This document shows positions 19,496 to 28,813 of a DNA stretch of 64,000 nt, one piece after another. A model generated the notes under the pieces. That model saw nothing but the letters and a program-made list of their open reading frames with translations, was not told the origin of the DNA and did not search any database. This DNA is from Candidatus Eiseniibacteriota bacterium. Its GTDB lineage: Bacteria; Eisenbacteria; RBG-16-71-46; CAIMUX01; VGJL01. Position 1 is the stretch's first letter; each line of letters begins with the position of its first letter. Made by a program: the position numbers and the translations under genes. The stretch is taken from positions 64,001 to 128,000 of the forward strand of contig JBHGAY010000005.1 of NCBI GenBank assembly GCA_041946735.1. The letters run 5' to 3'.

Positions 19496-22417
19496 TCATA
19501 CCGCCCCGGTGACGGCAAACGGCGCCCATTCCCAGGGATGCGGACGCCGTACGAGCGCCCGGCGCATCGCCCGACCCAGCGCTCGGGATGCGGAAGCGCC
19601 CGCGCCGAACGACTCGTAAAAGCCTTCCATCAGGTCGAGGGTCGATTCGTCCCCGACCGGCCAAAGGCTGCCGACGACCGTGGAGGCTCCGGCGCCGAGG
19701 AAGCCGCGCGCGAGGCCGACCCACTCCTCTCCGGCAGGAGCCGCCCCTCGCCCCGACGAACAGGCGGAAAGCACGACCGTCGATGCGGGCAGCCGCAGCC
19801 ACGCGAGATCGTGGACGAAGAAAGGGCCGTCGGCGAGCGCGAGGTACGAGTAGGCCGGGTTGTCGGAGCGCAGCGATCCGTGCGCCGCAATGTGGATGAG
19901 GCTCGCGTCTGGGCCGTTCTCCTTGAGTTGCGATGCCGTCGCGTCGACGTCGCGTCGAACGGTCCACCCCGGCAGGCGGGAGGACACCATCTCGATCTCT
20001 TGGCGCACGATCGGGAGATTCGGGGAGTCGACACCGCCGATCCAGGCAACCGGAGGCGTCGCGACCCGGCTGGACGCTTGGGCAATTCGCTGCGCGGGCG
20101 CCTGAGCCTGCGCGGGCGCACGCGCATCTCTGCCTCCGACTCCGGGGAGGCCTCTCCAGATTCTGGCGCTGGGGACGATCGCCAAGTCGCAACGCTCGAC
20201 GAGGTATCCGGAAGGATCGCGCAGCGCGTGCATCGGGACACGGTGCACCGCTCCGTGCGGCGAGATCATCCAGGAGCGGGAACGATCGATGCCCATCTCC
20301 TCGATCGGCTGCCACAGCAGCCGGTGGAGGTCGTGGAGGATCCGGTCCGCAGTCGAACGGAGAAGCTTGGCGGCTCCGGTCGTGCCGAGCGGGGCGAGCC
20401 GTCCCCGCCCTCCGGTCATCGCCGCTGCTCTCCACTGGAAGTCCAGCCGCTCGATCAGCTCGACGAGTCGAGCCGGCGTTTCGTCCGGGAGCCGACGCAC
20501 CGCGGCGCCGTGCTCGTCGATCACGACGGCCAGGGGGACTGTGCCGATGTGGTAGCTGACGAACCCCCACCCGGCCGGCAGGACGCTCGTGACGCCGGAG
20601 ACGGACGGAACTCCGTCCTCCATGGCGACTCCGCCCGGGCCTGCCGCGGTTCCTCCCTGTTCCTCCGCGAATTGCCGCAGCCCACGAGACCACTCCGACT
20701 CGGCCGTCCCAAGGCGCTCTCGCAGCGCGGCGATCTGCTCCCGTTCCGCCGCTGAACCCAGCTCCAGCCGGGCCAGACGCGCGTGGAGCCACGTGAGGCG
20801 CTGCCGCATGCTCTGTAGACGGCGGGACGAAGGAGTGTCGTGTTGCGAGAGCCCTGCCGCATGGAGGCCGCCAGGAGTCGGAAGGTTCCAGTCGGCCGAG
20901 GGAGAACGGAGGCGATCCCACAGTGCCTGGGCTCGGGAACGTTCCATGATCTCGAAGATGCGATCGACGGAGACGCTCCTTCTTCGCATCTCCAGAGCGA
21001 GGAGGCGGTCGTAGAGATGGCTCTTGTCCTCGAGGAAGGAGATCTTCGATTGCTCGGTCGGGATGCGGACCCGCAAGTCCTCGAGCTTGCCGATGGCCCT
21101 CCTGTAGCTCGTCACTGCCGCCGGCGTCGCGCCGGATCGCTCCTGAGCTTCACCGAGAGCCTCCAGGATCTGATACGCGGAGAGGGGATAGATCTTTTCC
21201 GGGAGCCGCCGGTGAAGTTCGCGCAGGCGGGTCGCGCCGCCGGCAGCGGCAGCCGGTCCTTGTCCCCCCCGCGCTTCCAGGCGGACGCGAAGCACCTCCG
21301 CCGCGGCCTCCCATCGCACGAGGCCGAGATCCGCGAATGCGGTCGCCGCACTCGCTGCGAGCTGAGCCGCCTCGGGCGTGTCCCCCCGGCGCGCGAGCGC
21401 CCTGCCAAGCAGCAGATCCATCAAAGCGACCCGTGCCTGGTTCTTCTCTTTCTGGAAGAGGGCGCGGGCGCGGCGGATCGTCCGGATCGCTTCGGAAGTC
21501 CGGCCGAGAGCGAGACGCGAAAGCCCTGCCTGGGCGAGTGCCGAGCCGCGGTCATACGCGAGGCCCGCAGCGGCGAACAGCGGAATCGCGAGCTCGCTCA
21601 GCTCCAGCGCTTCGGCGTGGAGGTTGAGCTGGTGATAGATCTCGGCGCGATTCAGGCGGCACGCGGCGAGAAAGGCAGGATGGTCGGTACGCTCGAAGTA
21701 CTCCGTGGCGCGAAGAAGCTGCGAAAGGGCGGAATCGAACTCGGCGCGCATCGCGTGAACGTAGGCGGCGTTCATGAGAGCTTGCGCGAGGAGCAGATGG
21801 TGTCCTGCCTCTTCGCACTCCTTCTCGATCCGTACGAAGAGGTCCAAGGCCTCTTGATCCCGGTCGAGCTGGGAGAGCGCCACTCCGCGGTTGATCTCGA
21901 GTCCGAGCACCGCGGCGTCACGAACTCCAAGGGATCGGAAGATCGCGGCGGCGCGGTCGTACTCCTCGAGAGCCGGACCGTAGCGATCCTCGCGAAACCG
22001 GCGGTTGCCGAGGTTCATCGCGAGTTTGGCGAGATAGGCGCGGTCGCCGGCCGCCTCGAGAAGACGTCGCGCCTCGCGAGCTGCCTCCTCGGCCTGGTCG
22101 AACCGGCCCATGAGCGCAAGGATGCTGGTGCGCCCTACGAGTAGTTGGCCCAGCAGCCCGTCGGCCCGCGCCTTTCGCCATGCGGCAGCGGCTTTTTCGT
22201 ACGAGCGATCCGCGGCTGCGAGGCGACCGGAGAAGAGCAGCGCCTCGGCCATCGCGCGGTGGCCCCAGCCAAGGGCGAGCGGGTCCTTCGAAGCTTGCGC
22301 CAGCGCGAGGGCTCGGCCGGCGATTCTCACGGCGGCCGGCGCATCGGAGTTGTAGAAGCGCGCGGCCTCGTCCCGCAGCGCCTCCACATCGGACGCCGTG
22401 GGGAGGGAAGGTTCCAT
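19496..22417 (-). CDS. TPR-CHAT caspase-like protease
   Basis: Long helical TPR-like N-terminus, ERSRAQAL, PHGAVHRVPMHAL, IHIAAHG (His), VVLSACSSG (Cys), SLWPVGD, HPWEWAPF. Confidence 0.93.
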   Translation of the reverse strand: MEPSLPTASDVEALRDEAARFYNSDAPAAVRIAGRALALAQASKDPLALGWGHRAMAEALLFSGRLAAADRSYEKAAAAWRKARADGLLGQLLVGRTSILALMGRFDQAEEAAREARRLLEAAGDRAYLAKLAMNLGNRRFREDRYGPALEEYDRAAAIFRSLGVRDAAVLGLEINRGVALSQLDRDQEALDLFVRIEKECEEAGHHLLLAQALMNAAYVHAMRAEFDSALSQLLRATEYFERTDHPAFLAACRLNRAEIYHQLNLHAEALELSELAIPLFAAAGLAYDRGSALAQAGLSRLALGRTSEAIRTIRRARALFQKEKNQARVALMDLLLGRALARRGDTPEAAQLAASAATAFADLGLVRWEAAAEVLRVRLEARGGQGPAAAAGGATRLRELHRRLPEKIYPLSAYQILEALGEAQERSGATPAAVTSYRRAIGKLEDLRVRIPTEQSKISFLEDKSHLYDRLLALEMRRRSVSVDRIFEIMERSRAQALWDRLRSPSADWNLPTPGGLHAAGLSQHDTPSSRRLQSMRQRLTWLHARLARLELGSAAEREQIAALRERLGTAESEWSRGLRQFAEEQGGTAAGPGGVAMEDGVPSVSGVTSVLPAGWGFVSYHIGTVPLAVVIDEHGAAVRRLPDETPARLVELIERLDFQWRAAAMTGGRGRLAPLGTTGAAKLLRSTADRILHDLHRLLWQPIEEMGIDRSRSWMISPHGAVHRVPMHALRDPSGYLVERCDLAIVPSARIWRGLPGVGGRDARAPAQAQAPAQRIAQASSRVATPPVAWIGGVDSPNLPIVRQEIEMVSSRLPGWTVRRDVDATASQLKENGPDASLIHIAAHGSLRSDNPAYSYLALADGPFFVHDLAWLRLPASTVVLSACSSGRGAAPAGEEWVGLARGFLGAGASTVVGSLWPVGDESTLDLMEGFYESFGAGASASRALGRAMRRALVRRPHPWEWAPFAVTGAV

Positions 22418-22435
22418 CGCTTGGGGAGCCGGTCC

Positions 22436-23137
22436 CTACTCGGGGTCCGAACCGCCGCTCGGACTTGCCGCCGCCGTTCCCAGATCGAGAGGGCCAACGA
22501 GGAGCGCCACGTCCCGCCACTCGATCCGGAGTCGCACTCCCTGAGCTGGGACCGATGGGAACCGGAACTCGCCCGTCTCCGCGAGCACGGCACGTCGAGC
22601 CCGGCCCCCTCGCTCCAGGAACACCTGCCCCGTCTCGCCCCCGAACTCGCCCTCGGAAGGCAGGAACTGGCCGCTGAGATCGACGCGTCCGCGCGCCCCT
22701 CGGTCGATCTGCAAATGCAGACTCCCGCGCGATGCTTCGAAGAGAAGACGCCGGGGTTGCATCGATGCGGCGGCCTGGGACCGAGTTCCGGGGATCACGG
22801 CCAACGTCCCGGTGTCGAGGCGCAGCGCCATCGGCACCCTTTCCAGCGCTTCGCGGGCGGTGGCCACGATCCGGGACGTCGTCCGGCTTCGGGATACGGC
22901 GCGGATCGCACCGGCCTCCCGGAGCGCGTCCATGGCGGCCTCTCGCGCTCGATCCGGCATCTTCTCGAGCGGCCCGGCGGCGAGCAGAGCGAGGGCCGTG
23001 CGGAATCCTTCGATCTTCGAACGGCAGGCGGGACAGCCTCCCGCGAGGTGAGACTCGATCCTCTCGCGCGCTTCATCCGTGCGCGATTCCCCCTCGCTGT
23101 ATTCCAGAAGCTGCTCGTCTCGAGGATGCGGCTTCAT
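22436..23137 (-). CDS. Putative soluble zinc-finger anti-sigma factor with C-terminal beta-sandwich
   Basis: HP..EQLLEY..HLAGGCPAC (zf-HC2-like); no TM segment; C-terminal LSGQ..GEFRF..VP; ATGA overlap with the sigma stop. Confidence 0.8.
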   Translation of the reverse strand: MKPHPRDEQLLEYSEGESRTDEARERIESHLAGGCPACRSKIEGFRTALALLAAGPLEKMPDRAREAAMDALREAGAIRAVSRSRTTSRIVATAREALERVPMALRLDTGTLAVIPGTRSQAAASMQPRRLLFEASRGSLHLQIDRGARGRVDLSGQFLPSEGEFGGETGQVFLERGGRARRAVLAETGEFRFPSVPAQGVRLRIEWRDVALLVGPLDLGTAAASPSGGSDPE

Positions 23138-23886
23138 TCGTGTCTCCCCCCTCGCCGGGTCGTCCCCGCGGTTCCGGTCTGGTCCTTCTGTTGACCAGAC
23201 GCGACGGGGAGGCGTTCTGATACGACAGCGCTGGCATCGGCGAGAATGCGCCGCATCTTCTCGAGACAGCGAGCGCGTGTCGGTCCGATGCTGCCGATCG
23301 GCAGGGCCGCGCGGCGGGCGACTTCCGCGTAGTCGAGCGGCGGATCCTCGTAGAAGAGCAGCCGGATCAGGAGCCGGCACCGTTCGGGAAGGCGGGAGAG
23401 CGCTTGACGCGCAGCCTGCGCCCGCTCGAGGGCGAGGTACATCTCCTCGGCGGGCGGCGCCGGGTCCTCGATCCGCCTCACCTCGTTCAGGCTCGACTCG
23501 GAGAGATCGTCGATCGGCGTCTCCTGCAGCTTCTTGCGCATCCGGAGGGTGTCGATCCCTTGGGTGTAGGCGATGCGGACCATCCACGGGACGATCTTGT
23601 CGAAGTCCCGCAAGTCGGCCAGATTCTTATAGATCGACAGGACGGCGTTCTGAAACGCGTCCTCGCGATCCTCCGCCCGCGTGAGACCGGCCCTGCGGCG
23701 AATCGTCGAGTAGATCAGGTCTCCGTATCGCCGGAGGAACTCCTCCCACGCGCTTTCCCGTCCCTCGCGGCATCCCCGGAGCAACTCCTCGACCGAAGTG
23801 GCAGCGAGGTTGCGGGGACGTGCGAGGGCCGGGAGGGCCAACGAGAGGCGAGCCTTCCCGGCGGTCCCGCCTGCCTTCCGGTGCAT
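23134..23886 (-). CDS. ECF sigma-70 factor
   Basis: Region 2 (AWEEFLRRYGDLIY, EDAFQ, PWMVRIA) and region 4 (LPERCRLLIRLLF..YAEVA..PIGSIGPTRARCL). Confidence 0.93.
   Translation of the reverse strand: MHRKAGGTAGKARLSLALPALARPRNLAATSVEELLRGCREGRESAWEEFLRRYGDLIYSTIRRRAGLTRAEDREDAFQNAVLSIYKNLADLRDFDKIVPWMVRIAYTQGIDTLRMRKKLQETPIDDLSESSLNEVRRIEDPAPPAEEMYLALERAQAARQALSRLPERCRLLIRLLFYEDPPLDYAEVARRAALPIGSIGPTRARCLEKMRRILADASAVVSERLPVASGQQKDQTGTAGTTRRGGRHE
23198..23223 (-). promoter_or_regulatory. Candidate ECF promoter inside the sigma 3' end, facing the anti-sigma/CHAT genes
   Basis: Minus strand GTATCAG-N15-CGTC. Confidence 0.45.
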
Positions 23887-23894
23887 AGCCGGCC

Positions 23895-23903
23895 AGGATA
23901 GCA
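23895..23903 (-). promoter_or_regulatory. Candidate extended -10 promoter for the sigma gene
   Basis: TGcTATCCT 8 nt before ATG 23886; no RBS. Confidence 0.45.
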
Positions 23904-24011
23904 CAGCCGGCCACGAGGTTCCCTTCAACCGGGCGACCGGCGGTGCGGGTAGGCGCGGGCCCACGCGCTGGCTTCCGCGCGGGCTTCTTCCATCCACGGT
24001 CGGAATTCCTG

Positions 24012-24036
24012 GTATCAGCGGAGCCGCCCCGCCGTC
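24012..24036 (+). promoter_or_regulatory. Candidate ECF promoter for the glycosyltransferase operon
   Basis: GTATCAG-N14-CGTC ending 32 nt before ATG 24069. Confidence 0.45.
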
Positions 24037-24068
24037 AGATCCAGTGCAAGGGTCGCATCGAGGGGGAC

Positions 24069-25436
24069 ATGCATCCAAACGGCTCGATTCGAATCCTGAT
24101 GTACTCGCACGATACCTTCGGGCTGGGGCACCTGACCCGCACCGTGCGTATCGCGCGAGCATTGCGGGCCCGTTACGGGACCGCTTCGATCCTCATTCTG
24201 ACCGGCTCCCCCGTGGCGACCTACATGCCGCTTCCCGAAGGCGCGGATCTCGTTAAGCTCCCGACGGTCGTCAAGGCAGGGGCGGAGCGCTACCGGGCCC
24301 GCGACCTCGAAGTGACCTTCGGCCAGGTGAAGCGTCTGCGTCGCGATCTGATACGGAGGGCGGCCGAGTCGTTCCGTCCTCACCTGTTCCTGGTCGACAA
24401 CGTCCCCCTCGGAATGAAGGGGGAGATCCTGCCCACCCTTCGATGGTTTCGGGCATCGAGTCCCGGAACGAAGATCGCGCTCGATCTTCGCGACATTCTC
24501 GACGATCCGTCGGTCATTCGCGAAGCCTGGCGCCGGGATGGAGTGCCGGAGGCGCTCGACAGCCTCTACGATCGCATCTTCGTTTTAGGGGACTCGGTCT
24601 TCTTCGACTCGGCAGCGGCCTACGACTTGCCGTCGTCGAAGACCGTCCATCTCGGGTACGGCACGCCGGAAGTGCGGGCATCGAAGCGGCCCGGAACGAA
24701 GAGGACCCGTGCGCCTCGAATTCTCCTCACCGTCGGAGGAGGCGGCGATGGCGCGGGGTTCCTGGAGCGGGCGCTCCTCGGCCTCTCGGACGGCGCTATC
24801 GACGAAGTGTCGGGGCGGCGGCCCCGGGCGTCGGCGCGGATCGAGGTCGTGACGGGTCCTCTCATGGATCCGGAGGGGAAGCGGCGGATCGCCGCACGGG
24901 CGATGCAGATTGGCGCGCTCGTTCACGAGTTCGTGCCCGATCTGCCGGCGCGGATGTCACGGGCCGACCTCGTCGTCGCGATGGCGGGATACAACACCTG
25001 CTGCGAGATCCTATCCCACGCCCGGGCCGCGCTCGTCGTGCCTCGCCGGACCCCGAGGATCGAGCAGCTCCTGCGCGCCGAGGCGTTCGAGCGCCGAGGT
25101 CTGGTTCGAGTCCTCCCCTCGATCGAATCGGAGCCGGGCGAGATCGCCGCCGCGATCCGGCGGGCCTTGGAGCAAGGCCCGTGGATCGACCAGGGGCAGA
25201 TGCCGGTGGTCGGCGGGTTCGCGCGACTCGCTGAGGAGGCGGGCTCGCTCTGCCCGGAGCTCGAGCGCCCGCCGGCGGTCGTGGTCTCGCAGCCCGCGCA
25301 ACGCGCGCGCGCCGCGCCCGCCCCATCCCCGCGGGGTGGGGGCGCAAGCGCGCCATCCACGGGCGGCCACGACGTGTGGCTCCGGCCGGGGACCTCGGCC
25401 CGCATCCCGGCGGGCTCGCGCCAGTCGGAATCCTGA
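24069..25436 (+). CDS. GT-B glycosyltransferase (COG4671-like, GT28-C-like C-terminus)
   Basis: MYSHDTFGLGHLTR, LVDNVPLG, LRDILD, TVGGGGDG, AMAGYNTCCE, EQLLRA. Confidence 0.88.
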   Translation: MHPNGSIRILMYSHDTFGLGHLTRTVRIARALRARYGTASILILTGSPVATYMPLPEGADLVKLPTVVKAGAERYRARDLEVTFGQVKRLRRDLIRRAAESFRPHLFLVDNVPLGMKGEILPTLRWFRASSPGTKIALDLRDILDDPSVIREAWRRDGVPEALDSLYDRIFVLGDSVFFDSAAAYDLPSSKTVHLGYGTPEVRASKRPGTKRTRAPRILLTVGGGGDGAGFLERALLGLSDGAIDEVSGRRPRASARIEVVTGPLMDPEGKRRIAARAMQIGALVHEFVPDLPARMSRADLVVAMAGYNTCCEILSHARAALVVPRRTPRIEQLLRAEAFERRGLVRVLPSIESEPGEIAAAIRRALEQGPWIDQGQMPVVGGFARLAEEAGSLCPELERPPAVVVSQPAQRARAAPAPSPRGGGASAPSTGGHDVWLRPGTSARIPAGSRQSES

Positions 25437-25444
25437 GGACCGCC

Positions 25445-26602
25445 GTGCGTGACTCTCGAACCAAACGGAACGGCTCAGCGGCGCGCCTCTCGGTGTGCCT
25501 CTCGGCGGCCTTCTCGGCGGGCCATCTCTCGCCGGCGTTCTCGGCGGCCCGCCTCCGCGCTGGCTGCCTCGCGATCCTTCTCCTCGCGGGAGCTCTCCTC
25601 GGCGCGCCTGCCGGCTCGAGCGCCCGCTCCTCCCCGCTCCGTCCATCGTCCTGGGGAGGAGAAGTGGCTTTCGGCTGGGATTCGAATCTGCTTTCTTCGT
25701 CCACCGCCGAAACGCGGGCTTTCGACACCGGCGGAGGGGACTCCTTCTTCGCCGTCGATCGTCTGGAGGATGCGCGCGCCCGTGCCGGCTTCTGGGGTCG
25801 CTGGGAGGTGCCGTCGTTCTACAAGAGCCTTCGCATCGAGGGCTCGTACGAACGCTTCGAGGCGCTTCACGAGTCGATCGTCGGGTCGGGAGTGTATGCC
25901 ATCGGGCTGCGCCAGAAGCTCCCCGATGGATCGAGGATCGACCTGTCCGCTGCGTATTGTCCCCAGATCTATCTCCGTCACCGGACGAACAAGGAAGCCC
26001 TCCCGGGCGAGCCGCAATTCCGTCCGGAGGCGTCGCGCCAGATGGAGCTGGAGATCGCGCACTCCCGGCCTTTCGCCGGCACGCGCCTGGAGGCTTCGAT
26101 CGACTACGAGACCGAACGGAGGATTCGCTGGTTCCGCGAACGGGACGAAGAGACGTGGACCGCCGGCCTCAATGTCGAAGTGCCCCTCGTCTCGTCGATC
26201 GATCTCATCGGCGCCGGGTTCGTCGGAGGCAGCCGCACCGTGGCGCCGAATCGCGAGCCTGGGCTCGACCGCTCCCATCGGCAGGCGATCACCGGGCTGC
26301 GCCTGAGCGCCGAGCCGGGCCTGCCGGCCGGTCCCTGGGAGATGCAGGCGGGCACCCGGTGGAAGTTCCGCGACTACACGACAGACGATCCGACCGACTC
26401 GAGCCGCTATCACCGCAACGACCGGATCGTCAGCTGGGATGTTCGCATCGGCCGTCCCATGGGCGCATTCGTTCCCTTCGTCTCCTACGAAGGGAGCTTG
26501 CGCCGGGTGCATCTGCCGTCCGGGGCACAATCCTCCAACGAGGAGGGGGAGTATGACGACACCCTGATCTCGCTCGGGGTGCAATGGGAGTTCTCAAGGT
26601 GA
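25445..26602 (+). CDS. Putative outer-membrane beta-barrel protein
   Basis: Signal-like N-terminus, GWDSNL, alternating aromatic/polar strands, C-terminal SLGVQWEF; GTG start inferred. Confidence 0.65.
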   Translation: MRDSRTKRNGSAARLSVCLSAAFSAGHLSPAFSAARLRAGCLAILLLAGALLGAPAGSSARSSPLRPSSWGGEVAFGWDSNLLSSSTAETRAFDTGGGDSFFAVDRLEDARARAGFWGRWEVPSFYKSLRIEGSYERFEALHESIVGSGVYAIGLRQKLPDGSRIDLSAAYCPQIYLRHRTNKEALPGEPQFRPEASRQMELEIAHSRPFAGTRLEASIDYETERRIRWFRERDEETWTAGLNVEVPLVSSIDLIGAGFVGGSRTVAPNREPGLDRSHRQAITGLRLSAEPGLPAGPWEMQAGTRWKFRDYTTDDPTDSSRYHRNDRIVSWDVRIGRPMGAFVPFVSYEGSLRRVHLPSGAQSSNEEGEYDDTLISLGVQWEFSR

Positions 26603-28089
26603 TTCAAAGGAAAGGCAACGGTTGCGCGCTGCGCATCGCTCCGAGGTCGCAGCCTCTCCGCGCGGTCCTTCTCGCCGTCCTGCTCTCCTCGATCGCGGGG
26701 ATGGCGGCACCCCTCAGGGCGTCGCTCGATTCGGGAAGCTGGCCGATGTTCCATCGCGATGCGGGCCACACGGGGCTTTCTCCCCTCCTCGCACCGGAGA
26801 TCGGCGTCATCGCCTGGACGAGATCGCTGAGCGACACGGTGGAGTTCTCCTCCCCCGCCGTCACATCGTCGGCGACGGTTTTGGTCGGTGACCAGGGAAA
26901 GGAGCTTTGGGCGTTCGATCTGTGGGGGAACGAGCGCTGGAACTACCACGCGCTCGGGAACATCCGCTACAGCAGCCCGGCAGTCAGGTCCAACGGGACG
27001 GTCTACTTCGGGGCGGGAGACGGCAAACTCTACGCGGTCTGGCCGAGCGGACGCCTGGCTTGGAGCGTGCAAACAGGCGCAGCCGTGAAGACATCCCCGG
27101 CGATCGCGCCCGATGGGACGATCTACGCCGGCAGCGACGATGGCAGTCTCTGGGCCGTTCGCGCCGACGGATCGGTCAAGTTCACGTTCGCGACCGGCGA
27201 CACCGTCCGCTCCTCGCCCGCCCTGGCAGCGGACGGCACCATCGTCTTCGGATCGCATGACGGGATGGTGAGAGCGCTTTGGCCCAATGGCAGCCTTCGC
27301 TGGGAGGTGGCTACGGGCGGCCCGATCAAGACCGCGCCCGCGATCCGGCAGAACCATGTCATCGTCGCGTCGTCCGATGGCTTCCTCTACGACTTCTCGA
27401 TCGACGGGACGTTCAACTGGGCGACCTACACCGGGAACAATCTCCGCTCCTCGCCTGCATTCGGCTCCACCGGGAAGATCTACCTGGGCGTCGACACGAA
27501 GATCTCCTGCTTCCACGACGACGGGAGCCCCTCGTTCTCTTACGAGACCGGAGCGAAGATCTACTCCTCGCCCGCCGTAACTTCCGACTACGACGGCCAG
27601 GACATTGTCCTCTGCGGCTCGGACAGCGGGTACCTCTACGCGGTCAAAGCGGGCACGCTCCTCTGGTCGTGCAACTTGGGAGCGCCGGTCCGCTCCTCGC
27701 CCGCGATCGGACCGAACCGGATCGCCTACGTGGGAGCCATGAACGGCAACCTCTACGCGATCGGGTACGTGAATCCCGCCTCCGCCGGCGGCGACGCCGC
27801 CACTTCGACGGTAGGCCTCGCCCTCAGCCCCAACCCCGTCCGAGGCGACTCGCCCGTTTCGATCCACCTGCTCGATCCGCGGGGGGCGGGTCGGCTCGGG
27901 GACGCGCCGATCCTGATCCTCGATCCTTCCGGACGAAGGATCCGTTCGCTTCAGGCTGCGGCGGGGGAGGGGATCGCCGTGTGGGACGGCCGGGACATGG
28001 CCGGCCGGCGAGTGCCGGCGGGAGTCTACTGGATCCGTGTCGGCGAGCTCGATCGACGGACGAGCACGCGTCTCGTCCGGATACCTTGA
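26599..28089 (+). CDS. Secreted PQQ/BamB-like beta-propeller protein with FlgD-Ig/CTD-like domain
   Basis: WPMFHRDAGHTG, about 8 SSPA..GTIYxGSxDGxLYA repeats, C-terminal SPNP..WDGRDMAG..PAGVYW; GTGA overlap with the previous stop. Confidence 0.88.
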   Translation: MIQRKGNGCALRIAPRSQPLRAVLLAVLLSSIAGMAAPLRASLDSGSWPMFHRDAGHTGLSPLLAPEIGVIAWTRSLSDTVEFSSPAVTSSATVLVGDQGKELWAFDLWGNERWNYHALGNIRYSSPAVRSNGTVYFGAGDGKLYAVWPSGRLAWSVQTGAAVKTSPAIAPDGTIYAGSDDGSLWAVRADGSVKFTFATGDTVRSSPALAADGTIVFGSHDGMVRALWPNGSLRWEVATGGPIKTAPAIRQNHVIVASSDGFLYDFSIDGTFNWATYTGNNLRSSPAFGSTGKIYLGVDTKISCFHDDGSPSFSYETGAKIYSSPAVTSDYDGQDIVLCGSDSGYLYAVKAGTLLWSCNLGAPVRSSPAIGPNRIAYVGAMNGNLYAIGYVNPASAGGDAATSTVGLALSPNPVRGDSPVSIHLLDPRGAGRLGDAPILILDPSGRRIRSLQAAAGEGIAVWDGRDMAGRRVPAGVYWIRVGELDRRTSTRLVRIP

Positions 28090-28105
28090 GGCATGATTTG
28101 AGGCG

Positions 28106-28813
28106 ATGAAGAGAATCGTTCCATCTCTCGCGGCCCTCCTGCTCCTGCCGGTCCTCGGCTGCTCGCCCGACCTGCGGGAGGAGCTGGGCCCCATCGTTCC
28201 GTTTCCGAACGTTCAGGGCACGGTCGTACGGGCCGGCGCCCCGGCCGAGGGGCTGAAAGTGAGGCTCCTCGAAACGGCGACCGATTCGGCGAGGAGCGAG
28301 GACCGAACGGCGCCAGACGGCCGCTACGCATTCAGCGAGGTGGGAGCGGGGGAGTGGACTCTGGAAGCGCGCTCGAACGACCCTGCCGACTTCTCGAGCG
28401 TGACCTATCCATTTGCGTTCGGGACTCCGGACACCTCGCTCGAGGCCCCGCCGCTCGAGATGTCGTTGCGCGGTCTCGCGCTTGGCTCGCCCGCCGACGG
28501 AGACACCTTGCCTGTGGCGAGTCCCGCAGCCCCGCTCACCTTCTCCTGGATCGCGCCGCAGCTTCCTCCGCAGGTCCAGGGCGTGACGATCCAGGTGCGC
28601 GTCTATGACGGTCAGGGCGATCCGGTCTGGTATTCCGAGAAGGTCGGCGCGGCGAGCGTCCGCTGGAACGGCCTGCAGAACCGGGGATCGGGGACGAACC
28701 GGCCGGCCTCGCCCGGCGCCTACAGCTGGAAGCTCCGGATGGAGATCGATGGCTCGGTGATCGAATGGACCACCTCCCGCCGGTCGTTCCTCTTCTCGGA
28801 GTCGATCCCATGA
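28106..28813 (+). CDS. Lipoprotein with carboxypeptidase-regulatory-like and FlgD-like domains
   Basis: Lipobox VLGC; TAPDGRYAFSEV..GEWTL; VRWNG..PGAYSWKL. Confidence 0.75.
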   Translation: MKRIVPSLAALLLLPVLGCSPDLREELGPIVPFPNVQGTVVRAGAPAEGLKVRLLETATDSARSEDRTAPDGRYAFSEVGAGEWTLEARSNDPADFSSVTYPFAFGTPDTSLEAPPLEMSLRGLALGSPADGDTLPVASPAAPLTFSWIAPQLPPQVQGVTIQVRVYDGQGDPVWYSEKVGAASVRWNGLQNRGSGTNRPASPGAYSWKLRMEIDGSVIEWTTSRRSFLFSESIP

